DNA from: a bacterium
GTDB taxonomy: Bacteria > UBP7 > UBA6624
Assembly: GCA_002716355.1 (NCBI GenBank)
Contig: PBAU01000003.1
Span: 150,001 to 182,000 of the forward strand
Direction: 5' to 3'
Length of the DNA: 32,000 bases
Numbering within the stretch: the first letter of the stretch is position 1; the number at the start of each line of letters is the position of its first letter. A program made the translations under genes and the position numbers. Shown piece after piece: positions 1 to 7,916 of this stretch. The notes beneath the pieces were generated by a model, which saw nothing but the letters and a program-made list of their open reading frames with translations, made no database searches and had not been told where the DNA came from.

Positions 1-1010
1 AAAGTTGGAGCATCAGGAGAACCTTCAAGGTGTCCACCTTCTATTTCACTCAAACCTTTAACCTTGTAAACACCTTCATACAATGTTCCTGAAAGAATTG
101 AAAAAGACCCATGCCTTTCAATAAACTCTTCAACATTTCTTGGAACACTCACATTGTCAAGCATTATCAATGGAAGAACATCTGAATCATAAGCATCAAG
201 GTATTGATCCCCTACAGGATCTCCAGACACCCTCCATTCAATATACTCAACCCCAAAAGCTCCTGCTATCTTATTTACAAAATTTTGAATTCTGCAGCCA
301 TCGCAATCACCCTCAACAACAATAATCTTAGACTTTTTAGACTCAGAACTGTTATCAAAACCTTCAAGGAGCTCTAAAACCTGTGAAGCATCAATATTTG
401 AACCAAGCATATAAGGACCGACCATTAAAAATGGCAACATCCTAGTTCTGATTGAACCATTTGAAGTGGCGATCTCTAAATCGCTTCCTCCAATGATTCC
501 ATTGACAATCCTTTCCCTTTCAAGTTTTGCAGCATCAGCATTAACACCACTTTCAAGACACGACGCTAAAGAGTCTCTATCGCTTTCTGCAGCTATAGCC
601 AAAAGTGATTCAAGATTTACAACATCCCCTTCAAGAGAGCTCCAAGTGTCATAAGAAGCAAGAGCATTAGTTTTGTATTCATTTTGTTTTTTAGCAGAGT
701 CTAAACACATTGATGCCTCCATGATTTTCTCATCACTTTCGTAAACAGTTACAAAATCAAGAACAACATCAATACCCTCTTGAATTAAAGGCATGATTAA
801 TTTATTAAAAGCCTCACTTCCACTTTTGTTTTCCCAATTGCTTGAAAAATAAACAACTTTTTCATCTGAATAAGTTATATCCTCAAAATTTACATGTGCA
901 GGCTTTCCACTATCGGAGCTCTGCATCGAACCATCATTAGAAACAATGCCCTTCTCGTTTGAGCAAGCAAAGCTAAAAAAAACAATTAAAACAAAAAACA
1001 AATTTTTCAT
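1..1010 (-). CDS. Putative lipoprotein with thioredoxin/DsbA-like modules (partial; C-terminus lies beyond the window start)
   Basis: Absent from the ORF track because it is open at the window edge. My manual minus-strand translation from ATG 1010-1008 is stop-free down to position 3 (336 codons). The N-terminus MKNLFFVLIVFFSFAC is a signal peptide plus lipobox (Cys16). The central ...SCLESGVNADAAKLERE...PFLMVGPY... resembles DsbA-type proteins. A second module carries CDGC (CxxC). ATGA overlap with the yqeY stop. Confidence 0.5.
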   Translation of the reverse strand, partial: MKNLFFVLIVFFSFACSNEKGIVSNDGSMQSSDSGKPAHVNFEDITYSDEKVVYFSSNWENKSGSEAFNKLIMPLIQEGIDVVLDFVTVYESDEKIMEASMCLDSAKKQNEYKTNALASYDTWSSLEGDVVNLESLLAIAAESDRDSLASCLESGVNADAAKLERERIVNGIIGGSDLEIATSNGSIRTRMLPFLMVGPYMLGSNIDASQVLELLEGFDNSSESKKSKIIVVEGDCDGCRIQNFVNKIAGAFGVEYIEWRVSGDPVGDQYLDAYDSDVLPLIMLDNVSVPRNVEEFIERHGSFSILSGTLYEGVYKVKGLSEIEGGHLEGSPDAPT

Positions 1011-1450
1011 CAAATTCTCCTTTGAAGTATCTCCCGAACCTTTTTTCCATCTACATTTTGACCTTTAAGCCTAGCCATAACCTGTCCCATTATTGGACCA
1101 AAGTTACTTTTATCCTGAATTGAAGAAAGCACTTCGTCAACAATAGAAACAATCATATCTTCAGAAACCTCCTCAGGGAGAAACGGTTCGATGAGCTTGT
1201 ACCTTTTCAAAGATTCCTCGTAGCCTTCCTCTGAACCGCTGAGCTTGAATGCTTCCATTGATTCATTAAGCTGTTTGCATTCCTTCTTAACAACCTTCAG
1301 CACATCCTCTTCATTTAGGTCAGCCATTTTTTCAATTCTTGCATTTTTTATCTGAGCTCTAAGCATATTGAAAGTCTGGATTGAAAAATGATCTCTCTTC
1401 AATCTTGAAGATTTGAATGCCTCCTCGATTCTTTTGTATGTTTCTGACAT
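1010..1450 (-). CDS. yqeY: GatB/YqeY domain-containing protein
   Basis: The track ORF is 1010..1504. I prefer internal Met19 (cat at 1448-1450), giving about 146 aa and removing the overlap with the upstream gene. YqeY-like pattern: ...LRAQIKNARIE...EDVLKVVKKECKQLNESMEAF...LIEPFLPEEVSEDMIVSIVDEVL...FGPIMGQVMARLKGQNVDGKKV. Confidence 0.85.
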   Translation of the reverse strand: MSETYKRIEEAFKSSRLKRDHFSIQTFNMLRAQIKNARIEKMADLNEEDVLKVVKKECKQLNESMEAFKLSGSEEGYEESLKRYKLIEPFLPEEVSEDMIVSIVDEVLSSIQDKSNFGPIMGQVMARLKGQNVDGKKVREILQRRI

Positions 1451-1463
1451 TAGTGCTACTATT

Positions 1464-1928
1464 CTATTCCTGTTCGTCAAGAGATTGTAAAACATAGGTT
1501 TCAAGCTGTTTTTTTATACCAAAACCCAGATAAGAGCTGGAATTATCAACAATTAAATTACACTTATCGACAATAAAATTAAAACTATCTGAAACCTTTC
1601 CTGAAGGCTTAAAGATATTCAAAAAAACAAAGCACAAAAGAAATGTATCATCGGCAAAGCCAATTGGCCCTAATGTATCCAAGATAAGATCATTTGGCCA
1701 GCAAAAATACGCTAAACTTGAATCTATAATTTTATGATGAGAAGAGAAGCTTGCAACCCTCTCCCTTCTTAGGATTTTAAAAATCTTTGCTGAAAAATTT
1801 AAAACATAATCAATATCTTGTGTAATTATTTTCTTTCTTTTCCATGAGTCTAAATTAGATTCAAAAAGATCAATATAAGCAATCATCTCTTTTTGATTGG
1901 GACATTTTCCATAATCTTTTATATCCAT
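1464..1928 (-). CDS. DUF1232 (YkvA-like) domain protein
   Basis: ORF track. AYFCWPNDLILDTLGPIGFADDTFLLCFVF matches the DUF1232 signature (Y..P.DLIPD.IP.G..DD). Confidence 0.6.
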   Translation of the reverse strand: MDIKDYGKCPNQKEMIAYIDLFESNLDSWKRKKIITQDIDYVLNFSAKIFKILRRERVASFSSHHKIIDSSLAYFCWPNDLILDTLGPIGFADDTFLLCFVFLNIFKPSGKVSDSFNFIVDKCNLIVDNSSSYLGFGIKKQLETYVLQSLDEQE

Positions 1929-1945
1929 TTACCCAAAAGAAAAAA

Positions 1946-2659
1946 TCAATTTGAAATTAACCCTGTAAAAACAATCGAATCTTCAAGATATTCTTCACTC
2001 CATTTCCAGCCTAAGCCTTTATGTCCAGGCATTTCAGCTAAAACCTGATCCCTAAAAGATTCTGGCAGCTCGTTTAAAAGCCATCCATTTGGATAAATTT
2101 TAAGCCTTATAAAACCCTCTTTTTCTACAATCAGCTCAACAGGTATCATGTCTGTATCATCAGCACTGCCAATCACTAATTGCAATTGTCCCGATATGTT
2201 TTCAAGACCTACTTCCTTGTTGAAGAAAACTTTCGGCACTGCATCGCTAATAATCTTAGATATACTGGCTTCCAAGTCAGACCAAAGCAAATCAAAACTT
2301 GCCCTTCCTTCCTCTGCTTCCTTAGGCACTAATTGGCTTAACGAATAATTATTAACACCTAATACGTCTTCCGAAAAGGTCATTTTCTTTATATTGATAT
2401 GCAGATTTCTTATTTTTATTCTGCCTAGATTTGCATTAGGTGCTTTTAGCTCAAAGCTTTCTAGCCTAGGGGGGTCATGGAACATGCCCTCAATTTTTAA
2501 AACCTCTATCTGCTCTGGCTCTATTTGAGCCATGGCTGCAATCCTGACTTTTTCTTCAAATGTTTTTTCAGTTTTAATATAACCTAAACCTCTTCCTCCA
2601 AACCAGATAACTGCAATAATAAAAGTAAATGTTAACCAGTCTGCAAAAAAGTTTTTCAT
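1946..2659 (-). CDS. Membrane-anchored hypothetical protein
   Basis: ORF track. N-terminal hydrophobic helix (WLTFTFIIAVIWFGG) followed by a soluble domain. ATGA overlap (2656-2659) with the upstream lipoprotein gene. A resemblance to DUF2993/LmeA-type proteins is only an impression. Confidence 0.55.
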   Translation of the reverse strand: MKNFFADWLTFTFIIAVIWFGGRGLGYIKTEKTFEEKVRIAAMAQIEPEQIEVLKIEGMFHDPPRLESFELKAPNANLGRIKIRNLHINIKKMTFSEDVLGVNNYSLSQLVPKEAEEGRASFDLLWSDLEASISKIISDAVPKVFFNKEVGLENISGQLQLVIGSADDTDMIPVELIVEKEGFIRLKIYPNGWLLNELPESFRDQVLAEMPGHKGLGWKWSEEYLEDSIVFTGLISN

Positions 2660-3627
2660 CTAACGTAAACCCTCCACCATATTAAATCAGCTGCTGATTG
2701 GCTTGTATCGTATGAATTTTCAATGCCATTCAAGTCCTCACTATACTCAAAACCTTTAACCAAGGGTGAAGGCAGTTCAATCACATACGGATCTAGCCAA
2801 TCAATATTAAAACCTGTTTCATTTCCTGGCTCATTGGTCACGAAATCAACCCCCCCGCCTAAACTAACTAGAATCTGAAATTTAAAAGTATCAACATCAC
2901 CAAGCCACTCATCAAGCCTTAATGTAAATCTAATAGCGTTTGAAGAATTGTTTTCTGCCTCATAATGGTCAAGCCCATACACCTCAGCTGATTGGTACCA
3001 ATCAGTCAAGAAGTCAAGGTCAGAAGGCGGTTGGTAAATATAATCAACCTCTTCAGCCCCTTCTATCTTCTTGCCTCCTGTTCCATGTAGAAATTTTGGT
3101 TGGCCACCAGTAAGATCCGAATCAGCCACATAAAGGAGGTATCTTGTCCAATACTCTCCACGATTTGGAGTTAAAACACTAGCTGCTGGAGCTAAGCTGT
3201 CGCCCAAACCCAGATAAACCAAGGCATCTATCGGAATCTGCTCTGTAAAAGAATCCTCTAATGTAATTGTTGAGGCAAGAATGTCTATGTCTGTGATTAC
3301 AGACGTGAAGTCCGAAATGCTAGGGTGAATCACCTTTACAGGAAGATTTGCAAGCATTTGGGTGCAATCATCATTAGCACAATCGAAAAAAGAACCATCT
3401 TGCTTTTTTAAAACAAGCATATTCTGCCCAACCAAAGCAAGCTCCTTGACCGCTTCAACATTCTCCTCAAGCATAAAGGCAAAATAATAAAAATAACTAT
3501 ACGGGTTGACATTCCCTCTAAAGCCCATTTCCAAATCTATCAGAGTAACGCTTCCCTGTCCAGCAGTCACTGTCTTTGCACACGAATTAAAAACTAAAAG
3601 CAAAAAAAACAATCTTACAAAATTCAC
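2656..3627 (-). CDS. Hypothetical lipoprotein
   Basis: ORF track. Signal peptide plus lipobox MNFVRLFFLLLVFNSC (Cys16). I recognise no family. Confidence 0.55.
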   Translation of the reverse strand: MNFVRLFFLLLVFNSCAKTVTAGQGSVTLIDLEMGFRGNVNPYSYFYYFAFMLEENVEAVKELALVGQNMLVLKKQDGSFFDCANDDCTQMLANLPVKVIHPSISDFTSVITDIDILASTITLEDSFTEQIPIDALVYLGLGDSLAPAASVLTPNRGEYWTRYLLYVADSDLTGGQPKFLHGTGGKKIEGAEEVDYIYQPPSDLDFLTDWYQSAEVYGLDHYEAENNSSNAIRFTLRLDEWLGDVDTFKFQILVSLGGGVDFVTNEPGNETGFNIDWLDPYVIELPSPLVKGFEYSEDLNGIENSYDTSQSAADLIWWRVYVR

Positions 3628-3635
3628 AATATATA

Positions 3636-4331
3636 TTACATCTTAATCTGTGATGAGATAATCAACGACTCTATTTGTTTTTTTTCAGCAGAAAGCAAAT
3701 AATCTAATGTATGAGAGTCACTTATGTGAAAAGGGCCGCAAGCAACCCTTCTTAACTGAGACAAAGCTGCACCGCAACCTAAATTCAAACCTACATCATT
3801 TACCAATGTTCTTATATAAGTTCCCTTTGACACCTTTGTTTCAAAGTCAAAATAAGGTAATTTTAAATTTTTGACCTTGAAGAAATAAACATTTCTTTCT
3901 TTTTCTTCCCTATCAACATCCAAACCTTTCCTAGCAAGCTTATACAAGGGAATACCATTCTTCTTAACAGCAGAAAACATTGGAGGTCTTTGCATTATCA
4001 GTCCCTCAAAACTGGCAGCAGAGCTAATTAACTTTTCCATAGTCACATGACTCGTATCCTTAATTGATATCGGCTCAGTGTCAAGATCCTGGCTAGGGGT
4101 CTCGATACCCAACTTGCCCTGTCCAAAATAAACCTTCTCCAAGCCAGTCACATAAGCACTTTGCTTTGTTGCCTCTCTGCCTATTGCCAAAACCAGCAAG
4201 CCTGTAACTGAAGGGTCTAAAGTTCCACAGTGTCCAATTTTCTTTATTTGAATCTTTTTTCTGATCCTTGCAACAACATCATGGCTTGTATGCTCTGAAG
4301 GCTTATCAACAAGCAAAAAACCGGGCTTCAT
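3636..4331 (-). CDS. truB: tRNA pseudouridine(55) synthase TruB (short form, no C-terminal PUA domain)
   Basis: LVDKPSEHTSHDVV...GHCGTLDPSVTGLLVL (catalytic Asp motif) and MQRPPMFSAVK. At 231 aa it ends before the position of the PUA domain in E. coli TruB. ATGA overlap with the lepA stop. Confidence 0.9.
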   Translation of the reverse strand: MKPGFLLVDKPSEHTSHDVVARIRKKIQIKKIGHCGTLDPSVTGLLVLAIGREATKQSAYVTGLEKVYFGQGKLGIETPSQDLDTEPISIKDTSHVTMEKLISSAASFEGLIMQRPPMFSAVKKNGIPLYKLARKGLDVDREEKERNVYFFKVKNLKLPYFDFETKVSKGTYIRTLVNDVGLNLGCGAALSQLRRVACGPFHISDSHTLDYLLSAEKKQIESLIISSQIKM

Positions 4332-6112
4332 AGATCTAAAATTGAAAGCAAGGCTGATTGTGGTATTGCCACTGTCCCAACCTGCTTGAGTCGTTTCTTT
4401 CCTTCCTTCTGCTTTTCTAAAAGCTTTCTTTTTCTCGTTATGTCACCACCATAACACTTCGCTATAACATCCTTCCTGTAAGGAGGAATAGTTTTGGCAG
4501 CGACTATCCTTCCTCCAGAAAAAGCTTGTACAGGCACTTTGAACTGATGTCTTGGGATCTCCTTAGCCAACTTGTCTACAAGCGACCTTGAGAAGGTGTA
4601 AACATCATCTTTTGGAATTATCCCACCCAAGGCTTCAACTGAGTTTCCAGCTACATGTATCTCTACAACCTGCAGGTCAGAACTCCTCCATCCTGAAAAT
4701 TTATAATCCAGTCCAGCATAACCTTGAGTCGCTGATTTCAAATTTGAAAAAAAGTTATTCACAACTTCAGCCAAAGGTATTTCATATTTTGCAAAAACTC
4801 TATAACCATTATTTTCCATTGAAGAAAAGGAGCCTCTTTTCTTCTGTACCAGATCCATAACCTTGCCTAGATAGTCTTTTGGGAAAGAAATAGTTGCATC
4901 AACTATTGGCTCCATCCATTCACGTATGTTCTTGTCGTAAGGGATGTCTCTGATTCTTTTTATATGGTGTGAACTTTTGTCTGCTGTAACAAGTTTATAA
5001 GATACAGTTGGAGCAGTTGATATTATGTCAAGGTTAAACTCCCTTTCTATTCTTTCTTGTATAACTTCTTTATGGAGAGGGCCAAGGAAACCCATCCTTA
5101 AACCAAAACCAAAAGATGGACTATTTTCAACATCCCATGTTATAGAAGCGTCATTTAAAGATAATTTTTCAACACTGGTTCTCAATTTTTCAAAATCTTT
5201 TCCATCTACAGGATAAAAACTTGAAAAAACCATCTGGTTTGCTGGCTCATAACCACCTAAAGCTTCAACTTTTTCCACATTTTTTTTCAAAGCAACAGTG
5301 TCACCAACACGACACTCACTGATGTTTTTTAAATTTGTAACAATATAACCAACCTCGCCGCATGAAAGAACCTCTTTTGGAACTTTTGAATCTCTGAAAT
5401 AACCTATTTCCAAAGCGTCTAGATTTGTATTCGTGCCTATAAGATTGAGTTTTTCATTCTTCCGAATCTCCCCATCAACAATTCTTATATGCGCTATGAC
5501 GCCACGATAACTGTCATACTCTGAATCAAAAACCAATCCTCTAAAATATTCTGATGTCGTCTTGGGAGCAGAAACTTTTAAGATGATCTGCTCAAGAAGA
5601 TCTTTGACCCCTAAGCCACTTTTTGCGCTGATTTGCATAATGTCATCTGGATCAACATCCAAATAATCCGCAGCATCAATGATGGCATCATTCATATCCA
5701 GGTCAGGTAAATCACATTTGTTTAAACATGGAATTATTTTCAAATTTAACTTCTTTGCATGCTCGAAGTGAGCAACCGTTTGGGCTTCTATACCCTGTGA
5801 TGCATCTATCAAAAGAACTACTCCCTCGCAAGCAGCAAGAGCCCTTGAAACCTCATAGGTAAAATCAACATGTCCAGGTGTGTCAATAAGATTAAGTTGA
5901 TAGTTTTCACCATTATGATCATGAAAAACAGTTACAGTTTGGCTCTTTATGGTTATGCCTCTTTCCCTCTCTATGTCCATTTTGTCTAAAAATTGATTTC
6001 TCATCTTCCTGGAGTCAACAGTTCCTGTCATTTCCAGGATTCGGTCTGCAAGTGTTGATTTTCCATGATCAACATGTGCAACTATTGCAAAATTTCTAAT
6101 TTTTTTTATCAA
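4328..6112 (-). CDS. lepA: Translation elongation factor 4 (LepA)
   Basis: IRNFAIVAHVDHGKSTLADRIL (G1), LIDTPGHVDF (G3), NKCDL (G4), and the C-terminal LepA domain ...CYGGDITRKRKLLEKQKEGKKRLK. The start codon is TTG (6112-6110), forced by homology because the G1 motif begins at residue 12. It overlaps the upstream stop as TTGA. Confidence 0.97.
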   Translation of the reverse strand: MIKKIRNFAIVAHVDHGKSTLADRILEMTGTVDSRKMRNQFLDKMDIERERGITIKSQTVTVFHDHNGENYQLNLIDTPGHVDFTYEVSRALAACEGVVLLIDASQGIEAQTVAHFEHAKKLNLKIIPCLNKCDLPDLDMNDAIIDAADYLDVDPDDIMQISAKSGLGVKDLLEQIILKVSAPKTTSEYFRGLVFDSEYDSYRGVIAHIRIVDGEIRKNEKLNLIGTNTNLDALEIGYFRDSKVPKEVLSCGEVGYIVTNLKNISECRVGDTVALKKNVEKVEALGGYEPANQMVFSSFYPVDGKDFEKLRTSVEKLSLNDASITWDVENSPSFGFGLRMGFLGPLHKEVIQERIEREFNLDIISTAPTVSYKLVTADKSSHHIKRIRDIPYDKNIREWMEPIVDATISFPKDYLGKVMDLVQKKRGSFSSMENNGYRVFAKYEIPLAEVVNNFFSNLKSATQGYAGLDYKFSGWRSSDLQVVEIHVAGNSVEALGGIIPKDDVYTFSRSLVDKLAKEIPRHQFKVPVQAFSGGRIVAAKTIPPYRKDVIAKCYGGDITRKRKLLEKQKEGKKRLKQVGTVAIPQSALLSILDL

Positions 6113-7470
6113 AATATAACCTTCCCATCCATTCTAAATTTAATCTTCATTCTCTTCAGTACAGATGGGGCTATATCAAGGATGGAACCCTCTTTGGGCT
6201 GTTTGTCTGAAACCCATAGGAAAGCATTGTCAAAAGTATGCATTCCCGTAATCAAAGAATGTGAAAAAACTTCTGCTCCTGGATCGAAACTTGCTTTCAA
6301 ATCAATGCCATCCTCAGGAAAACAAATCAAGTCAGGCGCTAGATCATATTTTGTAACACTCTCCTTGTCTGGGCTGAGAAAAAAATCCTCATTTGAAAAA
6401 TCATCAAAATAAACATCCTCTCTAACATAAACATCTCTGAAAACCTTTTTTCCAGAAGGGTCATTGATTTTCAAAAGATCAAGACGAATTTTTTCCCTTG
6501 TCTCCTCATAATCCTTTTTAGAGACACTTCCAAAACTCTCTCTGCCCTTCAGATTTAAATAAATTCTTCCTGGAAGCAATGAAAAAGCTTTAGTTTCAGG
6601 AAGCATCAAAGGTTCAAAAGATGATGAACCCTCTTTTAATTTCAATAATGATTTTTCGACAAGCCATGCATTCAGGTCAAGCTCATATCTGGTATTACAA
6701 AAACCATGATCTGAAAGCATCACAAAGGTACAATCCTTACCCTCTTCAAAAAACCAAGAAATTTGCGAATCTATTTCAGAATAAAAATCTTCAAATTTTT
6801 TTCGCCAAAAAGGATCATTTTTTTCCCATTTTTCCCATAAGAAATGATGTAATCTATCAGTTCCCATTACATGCAGATGAAAAAAATCCCAATCCTCTTC
6901 TTGGAAGATTTTCTTTGCAAAAGCAATCCTTACACTTTCAACCCTAAGAAGATCCTCATACCATGCATGCAAATCCTTTCTTACAAGGCTGTTATCTGGG
7001 TCTGGCTTATAACCAATTTCATTTAAATAACTTTCATAACGAGAAGGATGGACAATCCCTTTGTTTCCAGGCGGGGAAAGAAAACCACCTACAATCACTC
7101 CATTTATATTTTCTGGAGGGAAATTGAGGGGCACATTAATTGCAACGGGTCTTAAATTATTATCAGACAGAATTTTCCACAAACTATCCCCATCCCTATA
7201 GCTAGAGTTAACTATATACATTCCCTCCTTCTCGTTAGCGATATGCCTGTCAACAAAGCCATAAATGTTATGTTTTCCGGGGTTGTTTCCAGTCATGTAG
7301 CTAGTCCAAGCAGTTGCAGATTCACAAGGATGAACCGATTTGATCTCCACTGGATTAAAACCACTTTCAGCAATCACCTTTTTCAAATTTGGCATCAACC
7401 CTCTTTCCAAAAAATTCTCTAAAACCGTTAAAGGTACGCCATCGAGGCTTATAACAACTATTTTCTTCAT
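6109..7470 (-). CDS. Alkaline-phosphatase superfamily protein, type I phosphodiesterase/nucleotide pyrophosphatase-like
   Basis: MKKIVVISLDGVPLTVLE..., HPCESATAWTSYMTGNNPGKHNIYGF and VMLSDHGF are typical of the PF01663-type family. Confidence 0.75.
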   Translation of the reverse strand: MKKIVVISLDGVPLTVLENFLERGLMPNLKKVIAESGFNPVEIKSVHPCESATAWTSYMTGNNPGKHNIYGFVDRHIANEKEGMYIVNSSYRDGDSLWKILSDNNLRPVAINVPLNFPPENINGVIVGGFLSPPGNKGIVHPSRYESYLNEIGYKPDPDNSLVRKDLHAWYEDLLRVESVRIAFAKKIFQEEDWDFFHLHVMGTDRLHHFLWEKWEKNDPFWRKKFEDFYSEIDSQISWFFEEGKDCTFVMLSDHGFCNTRYELDLNAWLVEKSLLKLKEGSSSFEPLMLPETKAFSLLPGRIYLNLKGRESFGSVSKKDYEETREKIRLDLLKINDPSGKKVFRDVYVREDVYFDDFSNEDFFLSPDKESVTKYDLAPDLICFPEDGIDLKASFDPGAEVFSHSLITGMHTFDNAFLWVSDKQPKEGSILDIAPSVLKRMKIKFRMDGKVIF

Positions 7471-7483
7471 AACCTAAATTTAG

Positions 7484-7493
7484 ATTATAGGAT
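7484..7493. promoter_or_regulatory. Overlapping back-to-back -10 boxes (ATTATAGGAT): CCTATAAT on the minus strand, TATAGGAT on the plus strand
   Basis: Minus-strand TATAAT (7489-7484) lies 13 nt before ATG 7470. Plus-strand TAGGAT (7488-7493) lies 9 nt before ATG 7503. The whole spacer is 32 bp. Confidence 0.4.
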
Positions 7494-7502
7494 TAAGTTG
7501 CG

Positions 7503-7889
7503 ATGAAAAAATGGATAATTTTAATAAGTGTTCTTTTAATAGGCCTAACGCTTGCAAATTTAGATATTTTCAACAAAACAAGTACAACTGAAGATAAAAC
7601 TCTAGAAGTTCAAGAAAGCAAAGAAGAGCTGGATGGCTTGTGGAATGTATATGATCATGTCTCAATCAATCATGATGGAACAATCCTTGAGCTTTTAGAG
7701 GAGATAAAAACAAATTCAAACTTTGAAATCAATTTGGATATTTCTGAAGAGGCTTTGGCAAGCATGAATGAAAGATTTACACTTGTTGTCGACATGAAGG
7801 TTTACGAGATTATTGGCCTAGTTTCCCAGTCTATAGGCTTGAAAACAGTTATAAGCGATGATTATAAAGAAGTGCTAATACACGACTAA
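7503..7889 (+). CDS. Small hypothetical secreted or membrane-anchored protein
   Basis: ORF track. N-terminal hydrophobic segment MKKWIILISVLLIGLTLA. No recognisable family. Confidence 0.5.
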   Translation: MKKWIILISVLLIGLTLANLDIFNKTSTTEDKTLEVQESKEELDGLWNVYDHVSINHDGTILELLEEIKTNSNFEINLDISEEALASMNERFTLVVDMKVYEIIGLVSQSIGLKTVISDDYKEVLIHD

Positions 7890-7916
7890 TTATTTAAAGA
7901 TTGCCTCTTCATCAAA

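Noticed and set aside
140-654. Two plus-strand track ORFs (140..325, 466..654)
   Set aside because: They lie antisense inside a 336-codon stop-free minus-strand frame that starts with a signal peptide and lipobox at 1010. They are low-complexity with no motifs and are almost certainly spurious.
1451-1504. Long N-terminal extensions in the track ORFs for yqeY (to 1504), gcvH (to 30144) and the lplA-like gene (to 26964)
   Set aside because: Internal Met codons give N-termini that match the family consensus and remove 38-71 nt overlaps with upstream genes. The extensions are hydrophobic or basic read-through of the neighbouring gene's 3' end.
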